Source: an uncultured Candidatus Saccharibacteria bacterium (GTDB lineage Bacteria; Patescibacteriota; Minisyncoccia; Phycocordibacterales; CSBR16-119). From it: DNA of 64,000 nt. The notes beneath the pieces are model-generated. The model saw nothing but the letters and a program-made list of their open reading frames with translations, did no database searches and was not told where the DNA came from. The stretch is from the NCBI GenBank assembly GCA_964589975.1, contig CAZPVH010000001.1, positions 23,214 to 87,213 of the forward strand, in the 5' to 3' direction. Numbering within the stretch: the first letter of the stretch is position 1; each line of letters begins with the position of its first letter. Below, piece after piece: positions 28,079 to 36,885 of the stretch. A program made the translations under genes and the position numbers.

Positions 28079-28145
28079 ATGGTTGAAATTACTGATAATG
28101 ATGATTATATCACAGATTTCCTTACTTTTCTAACGAGTATATTCT

Positions 28146-28295
28146 CTAGTTTTCGTCGTCCTCTCTTACTTCATCGGCCTTTTCTTCTAGGGCGTCCGCT
28201 TTATCTTCCATGGCATCCGCGGCTTCTTCTTGGGCGTCTTCAATCCGATCTTCGGCTTCGTTAATTCGCGCGTCTTGTTCGCTTGTATCTGCCAT
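28146..28295 (-). CDS. 49-aa acidic helical peptide
   Basis: Hand translation MADTSEQDARINEAEDRIEDAQEEAADAMEDKADALEEKADEVREDDEN*. Confidence 0.65.
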   Translation of the reverse strand: MADTSEQDARINEAEDRIEDAQEEAADAMEDKADALEEKADEVREDDEN

Positions 28296-28352
28296 AAAAT
28301 TTGAAATTAAACTGATAACCCTAAACTCATATTAACATAGTATAATGGCGGG

Positions 28353-28988
28353 ATGGAAATAATCGCCTTATCATGCTCGCCGTCCCGCGGCAGAAATTCT
28401 GACCAGATGCTGGACCACTTTATTTTGGGAGCGAAAGAGATCTCGGGAATACAGATCGAAAAAATTTACCTCAGTGATATTCCGATTGATTATTATTCTT
28501 ATGAAAATAGTCGCGGTACAGGTGTACACGAGGAAAAATTCGCCGCTCTATCGGAGAGGATTAAAAAAGCCGAAGGACTTGTGATTGCCACACCAACATA
28601 TAATTTTTCGGTGCCAGCTCATCTCAAGAATTTTATCGACCGTATACGTTTCATCGCGCTAGACTTGAATCATAAGAACGGTCTCGGGCAGCCGGTAGGG
28701 AAGCTTGGCCACTTGCGAACCTATTTCCTTGTTTCGGGAGGCACGCCGACCTGGGCGGAAAAAATTCTATTCTTCGCCTTTCCGGCCTTTTGGCTTCGCG
28801 GGGTATTTCTGTATTTTGGAGCGAAAGTCATGGGTGCTATATACACCGGAAATGTCAGATCATTCGAGGATAAATCTCTTCATGAGAAATGTCGCAAAGC
28901 TGGAAAGAAATATGCTCAAAAAGTTTTGACTGGTCACAGCCATGGATTCCTCGAAGACATCTTCTGGCGTCCGCCACAGGTTAAATAA
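28353..28988 (+). CDS. Flavodoxin-fold NAD(P)H-dependent FMN reductase family protein
   Basis: SPSRGRNS, ATPTYNFSVPAHLKNFIDR. Confidence 0.85.
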   Translation: MEIIALSCSPSRGRNSDQMLDHFILGAKEISGIQIEKIYLSDIPIDYYSYENSRGTGVHEEKFAALSERIKKAEGLVIATPTYNFSVPAHLKNFIDRIRFIALDLNHKNGLGQPVGKLGHLRTYFLVSGGTPTWAEKILFFAFPAFWLRGVFLYFGAKVMGAIYTGNVRSFEDKSLHEKCRKAGKKYAQKVLTGHSHGFLEDIFWRPPQVK

Positions 28989-28990
28989 AA

Positions 28991-29404
28991 TTACCCGAAT
29001 CTCTCGTTATATTTTTCTTTACTGAGTTCTATGAGCCTATTTAGTCTGCCGTCCATGCCGCTGCCATTTAATAGGTGTCGCAAGAATAGACTGTCATCAT
29101 AATTTGAACTGTTTTGAGGCAGGACGTAAATATTATTCATTTCTGTATCGTCACCAAAAACTATCTTGATGCCTTCGTCCTTCATTCTCTCGATGATCTT
29201 GTCTACTGGCGTGGCAAGTCCCGGGTAGCCCTCGAATTTTTCTTCTTCGGCTTTTATCTCGGCATACAAGGCCGGCTCAATCCCAGGAAAAGGGAAACCA
29301 TCAGCCGACTCTTTTAGCTCTGAAGCAAGCATTACGAATTCACGCTTATTTGCCCATTCCTTCTTTTCTTCTTTCTTCGGTAACCCCGGACCTTTTTCAT
29401 TCAT
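28991..29404 (-). CDS. Hypothetical protein (137 aa)
   Basis: ORF with TGGTATAAT 7 nt before the ATG. Confidence 0.7.
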   Translation of the reverse strand: MNEKGPGLPKKEEKKEWANKREFVMLASELKESADGFPFPGIEPALYAEIKAEEEKFEGYPGLATPVDKIIERMKDEGIKIVFGDDTEMNNIYVLPQNSSNYDDSLFLRHLLNGSGMDGRLNRLIELSKEKYNERFG

Positions 29405-29458
29405 GTGACAAATTATACCAAAGAAAAAGGCCCGCCGTACGGCGGGCCAAAGTCTTCT

Positions 29459-30103
29459 TCAGAGACCGGCTATGAACTCGGGGGTAACTTCAGCGAGAGA
29501 CGTTACCAGGTGCTGGGTTGGATATTTCAGTGTCTTGTCCCTCACAAGTCCGATACATCTCATTCCGGCTCGTCTTGCGGCTTCCATGCCGCTTATGCCA
29601 TCCTCGAAGACCAGGCATTGGCTAGGCGGGACGCGAATTTCGCTGGCCGCACACAAGAAGATCTCAGGATCAGGTTTGCCCCTCTCAACCATGTCGCCGC
29701 AGATAATTGTCTGAAAATGATCGCGCAGGTAGAGCTTGTAGAGTACGCACCTAACGTACTCGGTAACTGAGGCCGATCCTACGGCCAGTGGTCCCTCAAA
29801 GAACAGCCTGTTGATAAGTGCGGTCGCCCCAGGAACCTCTTCCACTGAATCGTGCGCGAGCGCAGTCATGCGTTGCCACTTTTCGTCCATGAGCGCGTCC
29901 ATGTCGAATGTCTGACCAGTTGGCGTCAGGAGATCGGTCATGAAGTCACGGGTTCGCACACCGGAGTATCTGATGGTTATCTCTTGCGGCGTCAATGCAA
30001 CACCGAAGCGCGACAGAAGCTCTGATTCAACTCGCGAGTGCAGTTTCTGAGTGTCGGAAACGACTCCGTCGAGATCAAAAATATATCCTCGTATTCTGGT
30101 CAT
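29459..30103 (-). CDS. HAD family phosphatase (beta-phosphoglucomutase-like)
   Basis: FDLDGVVSDT, GKPDPEIFL, FEDGISGMEAA..AGM. Confidence 0.92.
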   Translation of the reverse strand: MTRIRGYIFDLDGVVSDTQKLHSRVESELLSRFGVALTPQEITIRYSGVRTRDFMTDLLTPTGQTFDMDALMDEKWQRMTALAHDSVEEVPGATALINRLFFEGPLAVGSASVTEYVRCVLYKLYLRDHFQTIICGDMVERGKPDPEIFLCAASEIRVPPSQCLVFEDGISGMEAARRAGMRCIGLVRDKTLKYPTQHLVTSLAEVTPEFIAGL

Positions 30104-30207
30104 GTTGCGATTGGTTTTTAAAGATACTATCTATATCCATAAAAAAGTAAAGGAAATTAAAAAGCCCTCCGGGAGTGGGGTCCGGAGGGCTTTCAGTGCC
30201 AGGCGCT

Positions 30208-30351
30208 TTACCAGCTCAATTTCTTGCCGCAGGCGCATCTTATATTTTCATGGGTCACCCGCCTCTTTTCGGGCGGATGGGGGCATGGCGGATTCTGAGA
30301 AGGAACAGGTCGGATTCGGTGAATCCGGAGGGGGAATAGCTTTATGGGCAT
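30208..30351 (-). CDS. 47-aa Cys/His-containing peptide
   Basis: Hand translation MPIKLFPLRIHRIRPVPSQNPPCPHPPEKRRVTHENIRCACGKKLSW*; own TTGACA/TAATAT promoter and terminator at 30161-30193. Confidence 0.6.
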   Translation of the reverse strand: MPIKLFPLRIHRIRPVPSQNPPCPHPPEKRRVTHENIRCACGKKLSW

Positions 30352-30427
30352 TTGTTTGGTTTTTTGCGATATTACATTATTTTATGGATATGTCAAATAA
30401 ATGAAAAGCCCGCCATACGGCGGGCGT

Positions 30428-30772
30428 TCATTTCCGGGTTAGGTCTGCCAGCTTCTCTTTATCAAGTCGCGCTAATACGTTAGGAGATAGACCAGGGATA
30501 CAGGAGATACAGTATCCGAGCTGTGTTTCCATGTCCATTACCAGGTAAGCGTGATTGGTAAGCTCTGCACACGGTCCATCGCATGTGGAACATGACTCGT
30601 GATCGATATTGTCGAACCAGCTGCCGTCACCTGCTACGGTCTCACATGTGTCACAGCAGCCACTCGTATAGCAGTCTTTGCAGTGGGTATCTGGACCACA
30701 AGTTTCTCCAAGTTTGGTCTTTTGGTACCAAACATAACCATCTTCGTTAGCCATGGGGGATCGTTTTTCCAT
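30428..30772 (-). CDS. Cys-rich putative zinc-binding protein
   Basis: Multiple CxxC motifs (CKDC, CDTC, CSTC, CISC); hairpin at 30404-30428. Confidence 0.65.
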   Translation of the reverse strand: MEKRSPMANEDGYVWYQKTKLGETCGPDTHCKDCYTSGCCDTCETVAGDGSWFDNIDHESCSTCDGPCAELTNHAYLVMDMETQLGYCISCIPGLSPNVLARLDKEKLADLTRK

Positions 30773-30853
30773 ATCTTACCCTAATAATCTAAATTAGAAA
30801 GGGTTATTGACTTGTATGCCTTTTTATGTTAAACAATACCAAAAGAAAACCAA

Positions 30854-31390
30854 ATGCAGAAGCTCACTTACAGACATCTTCAGGTCGGCAAGGTGTATAA
30901 CAGGGTCTATACGGGACCGAACGAAGCCTACGCTGCAATCAACGGCAAGGAGACGTTTCGTGTCATCTCAGTCGAGCCGAATCTCGTCTGCCAGATCCTC
31001 TTCGATCAGTTCGGCAGCCCGATGGAGAAAGAGATCACCGGCGGTCACATTACGTTCCCCGTGCCAGAAAAAGCCTTCGAGGAGTTCGACATCTTTACAG
31101 CGCCTGACCGGAACGACTGGTTCATCAAGTCGGCCATCATGACGGTCGCCGATGCCTTGGAGCAGGGGTTCATCACGATGGATATGGCCAAGCAGTCCGC
31201 GCTTCACGTGACTTGCTATAACTGGGGCGATGCGTTCTACATGTCGTGCCAAGTTGACGAAAGTCGTCGCCCGAAGCAGAACCCGTACTTGCAAACTGTC
31301 TTCTTCGTCTGGAAGAGCCACAAGGAAATGGAGGACGATCTCTTGGAGAACAAGGTGGCAACACGTGTTAAATCCAAGGCAGAGTCTTAG
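30854..31390 (+). CDS. Hypothetical protein (178 aa)
   Basis: ORF with C-ending codon bias, TTGACT promoter, AAAACCAA leader, terminator at 31418-31444. Confidence 0.75.
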   Translation: MQKLTYRHLQVGKVYNRVYTGPNEAYAAINGKETFRVISVEPNLVCQILFDQFGSPMEKEITGGHITFPVPEKAFEEFDIFTAPDRNDWFIKSAIMTVADALEQGFITMDMAKQSALHVTCYNWGDAFYMSCQVDESRRPKQNPYLQTVFFVWKSHKEMEDDLLENKVATRVKSKAES

Positions 31391-31446
31391 CTCATCCACA
31401 CAAACACAACGAAAGTAAAAAGCCCGCCTTCCGGCGGGCTTTTCTC

Positions 31447-31947
31447 TTATCCGTTAAAGGCTTTATCAAGATCGGCAATGATGATTTTCTTCATGCCGAG
31501 CATGGCTTCCGTAGCGCGTTTTTCAGCGGGGGAGTTGCCACCGAGCCATTTGCTCATTGGCGGAACAATCTGCCAAGAGTAACCCCATTTGTCCTTGCAC
31601 CAGCCGCACTGGCTCTCCATACCATCCTTTGTTATAGCATTCCAGAAGTGGTCTATTTCTTCCTGAGTAGCGCAGTCAACTAGGAAAGACACCGATTCAT
31701 TTGGCTTGAAAATTGGTCCGCCGTCGAGTGCCATAAATGTTTGTCCTTCGAGCTCGAATACTCCGGTCAAAACTTTTCCTTCCATGCCGGCCATCGGTCC
31801 TTCGGTTATGCCTCCGGGGTAGCGTTTGATCGTAACAATTTTTGACTCGGATTTCTTTGCAGGGTTTCCGTTAAATAAATTTACATAAAAATTCATCGCT
31901 TCTTCTGTGTCTTTATCGAACCACATGAATGGGGTTATTTTTTGCAT
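31447..31947 (-). CDS. VOC family protein (PhnB / 3-demethylubiquinone-9 3-methyltransferase-like)
   Basis: MQKITPFMWFD, ESQCGWCKDKWGYSWQIVP. Confidence 0.92.
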   Translation of the reverse strand: MQKITPFMWFDKDTEEAMNFYVNLFNGNPAKKSESKIVTIKRYPGGITEGPMAGMEGKVLTGVFELEGQTFMALDGGPIFKPNESVSFLVDCATQEEIDHFWNAITKDGMESQCGWCKDKWGYSWQIVPPMSKWLGGNSPAEKRATEAMLGMKKIIIADLDKAFNG

Positions 31948-31969
31948 AAATATTTTAATTATTAAATTA

Positions 31970-32782
31970 CTAATTTATTTCACACTGCGTGACCTGACCT
32001 GTCTCGTAGCCTCTGTCAAAGGCCGCCAGCCTCTGCGCCGAGGATCCGTGCGTCCATGATTCCTGATCTACGCGCCCGGTAGTCTTCTGCTGGATCCTGT
32101 CGTCGCCGACAGCCGCGGCGGCATCCATGGCTTCGTTGATTTCTCCCGGCTCAAAAACCCCCAAGTCCCGGATCGAATACGCCCAGAGTCCGGCGAAGCA
32201 GTCGGCTTGGAGTTCAACTTTTATCGAATCGGCATTCGACTGGCTTCCGTCCAGTATTCCTAACTCATTCTGCACATGGTGGCCGACTTCGTGGGCAATG
32301 ACGTACGCTTCAGCGACATCGCCGCCTTCGGCTCCGAGCTTGATTTCAAGCTCTTCAAAAAATGTTTCGTCGAGATAAATATTATTATCGGCCGGACAGT
32401 AGTGCGGACCAACGTAGCTCATTGCGCCGCCGCAGCCGGACTCTGTACCGCCGCGAAAGAGCACCAGGCTCGGTTCGGTATAAGAAAGACTATTTCTTGC
32501 GAACACGTCCGACCACATGTCGTTTGCGGATCCGAGTACTGTGGAAGCGAAGACTTCGTATGAGTCGAGTCCCTCAAAGTCCGAAGTATCGTAAGAATCC
32601 GTTGGGGCGAGCTGTGACTGTTCAAGCGTGGTCAGCACATCAGTCAAATCTCCGCCGCCTAATATATTGAGAAGAAGGATTATGGCGATACCGGCAATGC
32701 CAAGACCGCCTCCGATCATTTGCGGACTGCCTCTTCGGTCAAAAACTTTTCCACGGCTTCCAATTTTATCCCACATTGCCAT
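31970..32782 (-). CDS. Neutral zinc metallopeptidase (YpfJ-like)
   Basis: GPHYCPAD, YVIAHEVGHHVQ, ELQADCFAG, WTHGSSAQR. Confidence 0.93.
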   Translation of the reverse strand: MAMWDKIGSRGKVFDRRGSPQMIGGGLGIAGIAIILLLNILGGGDLTDVLTTLEQSQLAPTDSYDTSDFEGLDSYEVFASTVLGSANDMWSDVFARNSLSYTEPSLVLFRGGTESGCGGAMSYVGPHYCPADNNIYLDETFFEELEIKLGAEGGDVAEAYVIAHEVGHHVQNELGILDGSQSNADSIKVELQADCFAGLWAYSIRDLGVFEPGEINEAMDAAAAVGDDRIQQKTTGRVDQESWTHGSSAQRLAAFDRGYETGQVTQCEIN

Positions 32783-32811
32783 AGCCTCATTATGGCACAA
32801 AAGGAGTTAGT

Positions 32812-33273
32812 CTAGAATTGGCTGACTGTTTGGAATTCCTGCTCTGGCGGAACGTATTCAGGACTTCCTTCCTCGAATTCTTTTCTTTGAACAAGATACT
32901 TGGATTCTGACTTTACGACTTTGTAATATCGTCCAAATCCGGCGTAGTAGCAAATGATCATAGTTGAATCCTTGTAGACATCCTTGTCTGCTTCGGGGTA
33001 CTCGTTACAACCACCTTCGATAGTTTCAATTTCTTTTGTTCGCGTCTCGCCACCAGGATATGTTGCCGTGAGGCTAATGGTGGAGTGGGGGATGAAATTT
33101 TTTTCTACGGGTTCTGAATAGTCCCAGGTAAAAATTGGCTCGCCTCGCGGTACAGATTCTTCCGTCGCGGTAGGATTTTCATTTGCTGGACTTGTCGTAT
33201 TCAAATTCGCTTTGACGATAATCGCTCCGACGATGATGACGATAATAATGATGAGGTAATGTTGTTTTTTCAT
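32812..33273 (-). CDS. Membrane-anchored hypothetical protein
   Basis: N-terminal TM helix; soluble domain with two Cys. Confidence 0.7.
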   Translation of the reverse strand: MKKQHYLIIIIVIIVGAIIVKANLNTTSPANENPTATEESVPRGEPIFTWDYSEPVEKNFIPHSTISLTATYPGGETRTKEIETIEGGCNEYPEADKDVYKDSTMIICYYAGFGRYYKVVKSESKYLVQRKEFEEGSPEYVPPEQEFQTVSQF

Positions 33274-33326
33274 TTTATCAGTATAGCTACCGTAGCGGGG
33301 AAGTCCAAATTTGCTAAAATGTCCCT

Positions 33327-33563
33327 ATGAATATGCCGCATAAATTACCTTCTGATTTGCAGAAAGCCATAATTTCTAATAAGTCAGCATTTGCTATCTG
33401 GGAAGACATTACGCCACTCGCTCGGAACGAGTGGATTTGCTGGGTCACGTCAGGGAAGAAAGAAGAGACTAGGGGGATTCGTATAAAGAAAGCCGTTTCA
33501 AAGCTTTCAGGCGGTATGCGTCGCCCGTGCTGCTGGGCCGGATGTCCGCACAGGTCTAAATAA
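33327..33563 (+). CDS. YdeI/OmpD-associated family protein
   Basis: W.DITPLARNEWICWV.S.KK.ETR..RI, RRPCCWAGC.HR. Confidence 0.85.
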   Translation: MNMPHKLPSDLQKAIISNKSAFAIWEDITPLARNEWICWVTSGKKEETRGIRIKKAVSKLSGGMRRPCCWAGCPHRSK

Positions 33564-33608
33564 AAACCACCCGACCGAAACCGGGCGGTTTTCATCGGGT
33601 GGTGTTGA

Positions 33609-33839
33609 TCAGTTCAGAACTTCAAGCTCAGTCGGTTCGTATGTCTGCTCCGTGCCATCCGCATGTCGGACGTCGTAGCAGAGGCCGTGCGAGTCGTGGT
33701 GAGTGACCACGGTACCTTCCACGCCCCATTGACAATTGGTTCTGGCGCCCTCTATGTATTGACTTGCGGCAGTGGGGTCTTCCTGGGTTGTTTTCACCTT
33801 TGTTCCAGGAGCGATCGGGGGATAGGGTTTCTGTTCCAT
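33609..33839 (-). CDS. 76-aa hypothetical protein, SH3/KOW-like pattern
   Basis: PGTKVK...GTVV...Y.V.H.DG....Y...ELEV; AAACCAAAACCAAAC leader. Confidence 0.65.
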   Translation of the reverse strand: MEQKPYPPIAPGTKVKTTQEDPTAASQYIEGARTNCQWGVEGTVVTHHDSHGLCYDVRHADGTEQTYEPTELEVLN

Positions 33840-33857
33840 GTTTGGTTTTGGTTTGGG

Positions 33858-34181
33858 TCAACGTTTGAGTACTTCGACATAGTCTGCGATTCCTTGTTCC
33901 CAGCGAGGATTAAACTCGGGCTGGTCAAAAGTTGCTCTGTAGCGCGGATGAAGATCTTCGCCAGTATTATGGTACGCATCCTTTTCATCGAGAACAACTA
34001 CTTCTGGAGATCCGAAACCGGCTTCACGAGCGAGTCTGTAAGCTTCAACGGCGCTCGGAATTTTCTTCATGCCCATAAGGAGACCGACAACGTTTGGAGC
34101 CTTCATGCCGTTACATCCAGCGACGATCTTCAGTTTGACCTTGTCGTCCTGGGTTATGGTAACAATACCTTGTGTTGCCAT
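33858..34181 (-). CDS. Hypothetical protein (107 aa)
   Basis: ORF with TTGACT-17-TATAAA promoter; co-oriented with the 76-aa gene. Confidence 0.7.
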   Translation of the reverse strand: MATQGIVTITQDDKVKLKIVAGCNGMKAPNVVGLLMGMKKIPSAVEAYRLAREAGFGSPEVVVLDEKDAYHNTGEDLHPRYRATFDQPEFNPRWEQGIADYVEVLKR

Positions 34182-34278
34182 GCGTTTTTGTTTTAGTAAG
34201 TGAGCTGAAAAGAACTTGGTATTTTATACCTCAATTATAGTTTTTAGTCAAGCTCAATCCTGACCTAGAATAATTTTT

Positions 34279-34707
34279 CTAATTCTCTGGAGAAAATTCA
34301 ATTATCCACTCGATGCCGAATTTGTCTCGAAACATTCCAGCATATGTGCCCCAAGGACTCTGGTCCATGGACATCTCGACTGTTCCGTCCACAGAAAGAC
34401 CAGCGAATATTCTATCAGCCTCTTCTTTGCTTTCCGCTTTTATTAAGATCTTGCTTCTGTTTTCGTTTTCATTAACTTTTCCCATAATCTCGGGAACATC
34501 ATTTGCGATCAAAATATTGCTTTTGCCAATAGGCAATGCAATATACATTATTTTATTTTCCTCCTGTTCTGCGACAGGGAACTCAGCACTTGCAATATCT
34601 TTAAAACGCACAATTTTTGTAAATTCAGTACCGAAGACCGATTTATAAAATGTAAATGCCTCGAAGGCGTTCCCGTTAAAGTTAATCCAAGGATTAATTG
34701 TTGTCAT
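34279..34707 (-). CDS. VOC/PhnB family protein
   Basis: INPWINFNGNA.EAF.FYKSVFG, PWG.Y.GM.RDKFGIEW. Confidence 0.92.
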   Translation of the reverse strand: MTTINPWINFNGNAFEAFTFYKSVFGTEFTKIVRFKDIASAEFPVAEQEENKIMYIALPIGKSNILIANDVPEIMGKVNENENRSKILIKAESKEEADRIFAGLSVDGTVEMSMDQSPWGTYAGMFRDKFGIEWIIEFSPEN

Positions 34708-34722
34708 GGGTTATATAGTTGA

Positions 34723-35103
34723 TTAAGCTTCCACGATCGGCTTGAAACCTCCGACAGCAAACCTTTTCATATCAACCGGCATATCCTTTGGATCAAAATT
34801 TTTCATGCTCGGATCATTCATAACTTTTTTATTTACTTCGTCCCGGTGGGCGCGGGATTTGTAGACTATCCATGAGAAAATAACAGTTTCGTCAGCCTTA
34901 AGTCCCGCAAGCTTCATGAATCCTTTCTGTGGCATTCCTTTTTTAATTTTTAGGTCATCTCCAACGCATTCAAAATACTCCAAGGCGCCGTTCTTTTTCC
35001 ACATCTTGGCTCCCCATACTGCCATCTTTTTATAAGCCGCCAAATCTTTCTTCTTTATTGGTATTACAAAACCATCTACATATTTTGTGCCTTTCGTGTT
35101 CAT
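34723..35103 (-). CDS. DUF1428 family protein
   Basis: YVDGFVIP, GALEY.EC.GDD, FSWIVYKSRAHRD.VN.KVM.DP, MKRF..GGFK. Confidence 0.9.
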   Translation of the reverse strand: MNTKGTKYVDGFVIPIKKKDLAAYKKMAVWGAKMWKKNGALEYFECVGDDLKIKKGMPQKGFMKLAGLKADETVIFSWIVYKSRAHRDEVNKKVMNDPSMKNFDPKDMPVDMKRFAVGGFKPIVEA

Positions 35104-35135
35104 GAGCCAATTATATCAAAAACTGAAACTATGTG

Positions 35136-35207
35136 CTCCCCGGGTAGGGATCGAACCTACGACCTTAGAGTTAACAGCTCTCTGCTCTACCGCTGAGCTA
35201 CCGGGGA
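35136..35207 (-). tRNA. tRNA-Asn (GTT)
   Basis: TCCCCGG acceptor stem, TAGCTCAGCGGTAGAGC D-arm, AGAG-CTGTTAA-CTCT anticodon arm, GGTTCGATCCC T-arm; CCA not encoded. Confidence 0.97.
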
Positions 35208-35285
35208 ATACAGGGGGAATATTAGCAAATAAAGCCCAAAAAGCCAATAAGGAGACACTAGATCTTTTTGGTATAATTCCTCCAC

Positions 35286-35687
35286 ATGGGCAAACTTTTG
35301 GTCACAATTGTCGAGAAACTCAAAAGGGTATTTCAGTGCAAGACGTATCATGTCGAGACTGCTTTCGTGGCCGTCCTTTTGGCTGTTGGGGTAATTCTCT
35401 CCGACGGAGGATATATTGAATGGCTTGGCGCGTTTGCGGTCCTACTTACCTTCGGACACGCCTCGGTTGCCGACAGGCTTGCCGAGGTCCAGGCTGAGAA
35501 ACCAGTCGATCAGGTAGAAGTTTCCTGCTTTTATAAATTGAAGCGTTATTACTACGGTAAAGAGATTCTCTGGCTCGCTTATTTTGTACTTCTTCATGCT
35601 TGGTCGGCGCTTATTGGCGTCTTTGTCTTTATGCTTTACGTCCCGTGGCGCAGGCTTTGGCGAAAGTATCATTCGAGAAAGAAATAG
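35286..35687 (+). CDS. Membrane hypothetical protein
   Basis: Three to four hydrophobic segments; TGGTATAAT 8 nt before the ATG. Confidence 0.75.
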   Translation: MGKLLVTIVEKLKRVFQCKTYHVETAFVAVLLAVGVILSDGGYIEWLGAFAVLLTFGHASVADRLAEVQAEKPVDQVEVSCFYKLKRYYYGKEILWLAYFVLLHAWSALIGVFVFMLYVPWRRLWRKYHSRKK

Positions 35688-35693
35688 GATTGT

Positions 35694-36011
35694 ATGAACT
35701 TACTGGAATCTATAGAAAAAATTCCGGACATGATCATGCCTGACCTTCAGGCATACAGTAGCAGTCTTTATTTTATCTGGAGGGAGGTGTGTCATATTGT
35801 CGGGTCTGTGGCGCTGATAGTCGTTTCGTATGTTCTTTCTGTCTGGATCGGACACGATGTAAAGCCGATCATTTTTGTGGCGCTGCTCGTTTGGATGACG
35901 TATCAGGAATTTGTCCTTCATCCTAGGAAATACGGCCAAAAGCTTTCAAAGGGGATAATAGACTGGCTAGCCTGGGTGGCTCCATTCGCAATATATTTGG
36001 CAATGGTATAA
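35694..36011 (+). CDS. Membrane hypothetical protein
   Basis: Three TM segments, H...QEF..HP...K...D polar motif. Confidence 0.75.
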   Translation: MNLLESIEKIPDMIMPDLQAYSSSLYFIWREVCHIVGSVALIVVSYVLSVWIGHDVKPIIFVALLVWMTYQEFVLHPRKYGQKLSKGIIDWLAWVAPFAIYLAMV

Positions 36012-36050
36012 TAGATCAAACGCAATTATTAATTTAAAAAACTAATATTC

Positions 36051-36191
36051 ATGTCACTCATTACTGTCGCAGAAATCGTATTTTTCTTGGTGTACGGCAT
36101 AAGCCGTTTTTATCCATTCAAGCATTCAGATAAAGTGAGCGCGATCGCGGCTATTGTTGTCGGCGTACTTCTTCTTATCGGATATTACTAA
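36051..36191 (+). CDS. 46-aa two-helix membrane peptide
   Basis: Hand translation MSLITVAEIVFFLVYGISRFYPFKHSDKVSAIAAIVVGVLLLIGYY*. Confidence 0.6.
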   Translation: MSLITVAEIVFFLVYGISRFYPFKHSDKVSAIAAIVVGVLLLIGYY

Positions 36192-36228
36192 TACAGGATT
36201 TACATTATTAAATAGCAAAAATATTCAT

Positions 36229-36597
36229 ATGTCTAAAGGCTGGAAGATCACTTTTTATATTTCAACAATCCTATTATCACTCAGCATGCTCTGGGGCGGT
36301 TTCTTGGACGCATCGAAGAATGAGTTGGCTGTTGCCGGCATTGTGTCCCTTGGTTACCCTGTATACTTCGCCGTTATTATTGGCGTTGCAAAGATCCTGG
36401 GTGTCGTCGGCATTTGGCAGAATAAAGTAAAGTGGCTGAAGAGCTGGGCGTATGCAGGATTCGTCTTTGATACTCTGGGCGCTACCATTTCAACTCACGC
36501 GGCTGGCTTCCCGATCATGCTCGCCTTTCCTGCGATCTTGAGTCTCATAATCGTTCTCATTTCCTTTGCTTCAGCGCGAAAGCTTGGCCGGGTCTAG
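36229..36597 (+). CDS. DoxX-like family membrane protein
   Basis: LGYPVYF..IIGVAKILG, LKSWAYAGF.FD..GA. Confidence 0.88.
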   Translation: MSKGWKITFYISTILLSLSMLWGGFLDASKNELAVAGIVSLGYPVYFAVIIGVAKILGVVGIWQNKVKWLKSWAYAGFVFDTLGATISTHAAGFPIMLAFPAILSLIIVLISFASARKLGRV

Positions 36598-36606
36598 TTT
36601 TATTTT

Positions 36607-36885
36607 ATGGAATTTCAGGCCCACATTGCAGCCGTAAAGCCTCTAACCGCACTCATAGTTTTTGTCATCTATGTTCTTGTAGACGGAATGTATGCGTACT
36701 ATACACTTGAGGTTACGAAGCGGCGCCCTTACTCTGCCGCAAGCATTGCAGCGCTGATGCATTTTTTGCTTGCGTATGGCGTTATTAACTATACCGAAAA
36801 CTACGGATATATAATTCCGCTTGCTTTGGGCTCATGGGTAGGGACTTTTATCGTCGTCAGAAGAGAGCAAGCCCTAAAAAATTAA
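36607..36885 (+). CDS. Small membrane protein
   Basis: Three TM segments, G.W.GT motif. Confidence 0.7.
   Translation: MEFQAHIAAVKPLTALIVFVIYVLVDGMYAYYTLEVTKRRPYSAASIAALMHFLLAYGVINYTENYGYIIPLALGSWVGTFIVVRREQALKN

Noticed and set aside
28127-28137. TTTCTAACGAG as a second copy of the GIY-YIG element right end
   Set aside because: Short partial match with no partner IR nearby; plausible by chance
29459-34181. Prophage
   Set aside because: Small orphan ORFs but no integrase, terminase, capsid or tail genes; orientation is mixed with housekeeping-type genes
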